NCBI GenBank assembly: GCA_937893835.1
Contig: CALCSS010000042.1
Coordinates: forward strand, 1 to 50,036
Origin: an uncultured Fidelibacterota bacterium
GTDB taxonomy: Bacteria; Fidelibacterota; Marinisomatia; Marinisomatales; UBA1611
Direction of reading: 5' to 3'
Length of the DNA: 50,036 bases
Positions 47,336-50,036 of the stretch are shown here, in pieces; the stretch's first letter is position 1, and every line of letters starts with the position of its first letter. The position numbers and the translations under genes were made by a program. The notes beneath the pieces are model-generated. The model was not told the DNA's origin and searched no databases. It saw nothing but the letters and a program-made list of their open reading frames with translations.

Positions 47336-47671
47336 ATGAAGAATCAAAAATTAAAGGTCGTGGACATTGGTCACTCAAAATTAAATATAGAGAGCGCAAG
47401 GTCGTTACTTGAGACCACAGTTAGTCAAACGCTATATGAGGGAAGAACACGAGCGGTCAAGGTTATTACGGGCCACGGTTCTGGTCGTTTGCGTGGTTCA
47501 GTGCGAGAGTGGTGCAGGGAACAAGAGGGACGCTTTCAGGCAGTAATATATGGCGAGGATTATCATATGTTTAACAAAATTGCTGCAGATATGAGAGCAG
47601 ACTGCAACATTAACCATGATTCAGATTTTGGACGACAAAATAGTGCGGTCACCTATATTTGGCTGTGGTAG
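47336..47671 (+). CDS. Stand-alone Smr/MutS2-domain protein
   Basis: VDIGH, VKVITGHGSGRLRGSVREW, NSAVTYIWL. Confidence 0.75.
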   Translation: MKNQKLKVVDIGHSKLNIESARSLLETTVSQTLYEGRTRAVKVITGHGSGRLRGSVREWCREQEGRFQAVIYGEDYHMFNKIAADMRADCNINHDSDFGRQNSAVTYIWLW

Positions 47672-47679
47672 GGGGCTGG

Positions 47680-48492
47680 TCAGATATTATTAATAAAGGT
47701 AAAAACTCCATCATAGTATGCAGGAAAAGACTCAAATGAAGACATTCTATGCTTTCCTTGAATTTCTATCAGGGTCTTATTTTGTCTTTTTAGATTACTA
47801 TAAAAATTAAAAACCTGGGGAAACGGGATGACGTTGTCCTCTCTGCTATGGATTAAAAGTAGAGGCGAAGCGGAGTCGTTAATATGGTCTTCAATATCAA
47901 AATCAAACTTGTTTATTATTGAAAAGGGCAAGAGCGGATGAAGTGTTTTTGCCAATTTATTTACGCTTATAACAGGCGACTCTAGAACTAGCCCAAGAAT
48001 GTTTTTTCCGCTGGCCAATTCTGTTGCGATTGGAGCACCCAATGAATAACCCCAAAAGATCATGGAGTCTGGTGGTATGCCCAAACTGTCTACCATGTAA
48101 TTGTATGCTACGGCACTACTTTCAAAGAAGCTTTCCTTCGACTTTATAGAGCCCGTGCTTAACCCATACCCCTTATAATCAAACATCACCGCATTTATTC
48201 CCAGTTGATTAAAAACATCCACATGAAATAATCTGTGAGATATATTAAATGCATTGCCACTAAAATATAAAATCGTCTTTTTATTTTTATTATTAGTTAT
48301 TTGCCAAGCGTGAAGACTGTCATTGGCGTTGAAGGGGATATGTTTTTGAACAATATTGAACGACCTTGGAGGGGGGTGATAGTGAGGAGATGGAGACAAA
48401 ACAATATTATGTTGGTTTAGGTACACGTATCCGACAACAATTAGATATGTTGAAACAACTACAGCCAATGTCCAAGACGCAGCCTTATTCAC
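47680..48492 (-). CDS. Alpha/beta hydrolase (ABHD/Bem46-like) with N-terminal membrane anchor
   Basis: LYFSGNA, FDYKGYGLS, nucleophile GYSLG, LIHSREDNVIP, GKH. Confidence 0.88.
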   Translation of the reverse strand: MNKAASWTLAVVVSTYLIVVGYVYLNQHNIVLSPSPHYHPPPRSFNIVQKHIPFNANDSLHAWQITNNKNKKTILYFSGNAFNISHRLFHVDVFNQLGINAVMFDYKGYGLSTGSIKSKESFFESSAVAYNYMVDSLGIPPDSMIFWGYSLGAPIATELASGKNILGLVLESPVISVNKLAKTLHPLLPFSIINKFDFDIEDHINDSASPLLLIHSREDNVIPFPQVFNFYSNLKRQNKTLIEIQGKHRMSSFESFPAYYDGVFTFINNI

Positions 48493-48507
48493 TTATTATC
48501 CCCAAAA

Positions 48508-50034
48508 TCAAGAAACTACGCTCTGAATTTTTTTATGTATTACTATATTGTTTAAAAATAGAGTCCGATCCTCATCTGCTAACATATCAGCAATCCTATT
48601 CATTTCAGTCGCGGCCCTTTTAATGTAGGCCCTTGACCGATCACTCTCTCCAAGCGCGCTATAGGCCATCCCTATGTTGTATAAGATTTCCACAGAACTT
48701 TCATAAAACAACCTGGGTTGTGTTTTTATCTCGGTTTCTATTGAGCGAATAATATCTAATGATTCTATCTTATTGTCTAGTCTAGCATGGGTCAATGCCA
48801 ACAACGATTTTCCGGCCATCCTTTTTCCTGTGACCACCCAATGGTGAAATTCATTATCAGATTTTTCTTCAACAATATTATTAAAAAGGGTATTAAACGA
48901 TTCTAGGTGTGCGATGGCCTTATTATTCTGGTCCAAACCAGCGTGTGCCAGCGCAAGTAAATAATGATAACTTGAACCAATGTCCAAACCAGTTTTTGTA
49001 ACAGATTTATAATCATCCTTTACTTCATTGAGAATATCCACGCCCACTTTGGCCTCACCCATTTGGATGTAGTTACTTGCGATCAACATTTTTGATAACA
49101 AAAGCATTCTGGGTGTTTTGATTTGATTGTGCAATTTTTCATACTTAAAAGCATAATCAATAGAAGATTCATAATTACCAATTAGTTGTAAGACCATAGC
49201 GTGACTGAAGTATGCCCTTGAAAGTCTTTCGTACTGCTTGTCTTTCAAGTTTATTTTTTCTAGTTCACCATAATACCGGATTGAAGAAGAGTAGTCTGAA
49301 TAGGTTTGTTGAAAATAGGCCAAGTTGTTTAAGCCCTCTTCATATATGTTTTTTATCATTGGGTCAGAAATATTGTTCTTTATCGCGTTTCGTGTTTGCT
49401 CTATGGACAAAGAAAGATATTTTACTGCTAATTCATAGTCAGAATCGCTAGAAATCGCAGCCATCCTGGCTTTTAGCCTATGATAGATTCCCTTTACAAA
49501 ATTTGACATAAAATCATCTGGATATTTTTCTCTAAACTCATTTACCTCCACAAGCGCTTTCCTAGCGGTAAATATTTTTGAGGTAGCAGAGGGAAGGGTC
49601 CAGAGAGAAACAAGATGTGCAACTGGGAGGAAGGCTAAACCCATCCTATTGTTTGGGTCATGTTTCAAGGATGTTTCAAGGTCGAGAAGACAATTGTTTA
49701 ATATGTTTTTTCCTGTGTCTGAATCAGATTTCATCCAATAACCCTGATACCAAAATTTTAGAAAAAGGTAAAATCCTCTCGTACTCAGTGCGTCTGCGTA
49801 TGTTGTGTCTTCAGCAACAATTTCATTAAGGGTGGCAATCATGTTATCGATACCACCATCAGAGGTCCTTAGATTATATGCCTGAGCCTTCGCCTTTGTT
49901 AGTCTATCATAAACACCGGCATTCGAAGAGGGGTCCATTATGACAGATTCCCTATCAGAGGAAGAGATCTTTATGTCCAGGTTGTTTACAATGTTTAGGG
50001 CAACCTCGTCCTGTACAGAGAAAATATCTGTGAC
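48508..50034 (-). CDS. TolB-N-like/TPR-repeat protein (5' end beyond the window)
   Basis: The frame stays open upstream of 49938 to the window edge (VTDIFSVQDEVALNIVNNLDIKIS). This motif is typical of the TolB-like domain in adenylate-cyclase/kinase-TPR proteins. The rest is helical repeats. Confidence 0.75.
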   Translation of the reverse strand, partial: VTDIFSVQDEVALNIVNNLDIKISSSDRESVIMDPSSNAGVYDRLTKAKAQAYNLRTSDGGIDNMIATLNEIVAEDTTYADALSTRGFYLFLKFWYQGYWMKSDSDTGKNILNNCLLDLETSLKHDPNNRMGLAFLPVAHLVSLWTLPSATSKIFTARKALVEVNEFREKYPDDFMSNFVKGIYHRLKARMAAISSDSDYELAVKYLSLSIEQTRNAIKNNISDPMIKNIYEEGLNNLAYFQQTYSDYSSSIRYYGELEKINLKDKQYERLSRAYFSHAMVLQLIGNYESSIDYAFKYEKLHNQIKTPRMLLLSKMLIASNYIQMGEAKVGVDILNEVKDDYKSVTKTGLDIGSSYHYLLALAHAGLDQNNKAIAHLESFNTLFNNIVEEKSDNEFHHWVVTGKRMAGKSLLALTHARLDNKIESLDIIRSIETEIKTQPRLFYESSVEILYNIGMAYSALGESDRSRAYIKRAATEMNRIADMLADEDRTLFLNNIVIHKKIQSVVS

Positions 50035-50036
50035 GT

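Noticed and set aside
1-50036. CRISPR arrays, tRNA/rRNA genes, IS elements, integrases or prophage genes
   Set aside because: None recognised. Intergenic gaps are short, and no repeat-spacer pattern or transposase motif was seen by eye.

Overview
Gene-dense, low-GC bacterial chromosome segment using the standard code (TGA ends several ordinary genes). It looks like an FCB-group marine organism, possibly Ca. Marinimicrobia; this is inferred from proteins with 'PNPFNP...SGVY' C-terminal sorting domains, a dockerin-like tail and overall gene style. The left part is the replication-origin region: TPR lipoprotein, AT-rich DnaA-box cluster, surA, PPIase, mfd, mnmG, mnmE, yidC, yidD, rpmH, dnaA and ssb. 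Two parS sites flank mnmG, and rnpA and dnaN are absent from their usual positions. Two observations stand out. (1) A compact minus-strand operon at 17184-22465 encodes a class I HMG-CoA reductase homolog, a PlsC-type acyltransferase, a strongly eukaryote-like alkyl-DHAP synthase, a DHRS7/7B-like SDR and a lipid O-methyltransferase. It reads as a self-contained bacterial version of the peroxisomal ether-lipid pathway, with the HMGR possibly supplying the alcohol. (2) A hidden selenoprotein at 43518-44711 is split by the ORF caller at an in-frame UGA that forms a U-P-Y-C motif and is followed by a SECIS-like hairpin. The rest encodes peptidases, cell-wall and glycan hydrolases, pyk, apaG, a peptide ABC transporter/nitrilase/MscS/PutP run, two PhyH dioxygenases with an AKR, a Smr protein, a hydrolase and a truncated TPR protein. 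All family assignments come from motif recognition, not database searches.
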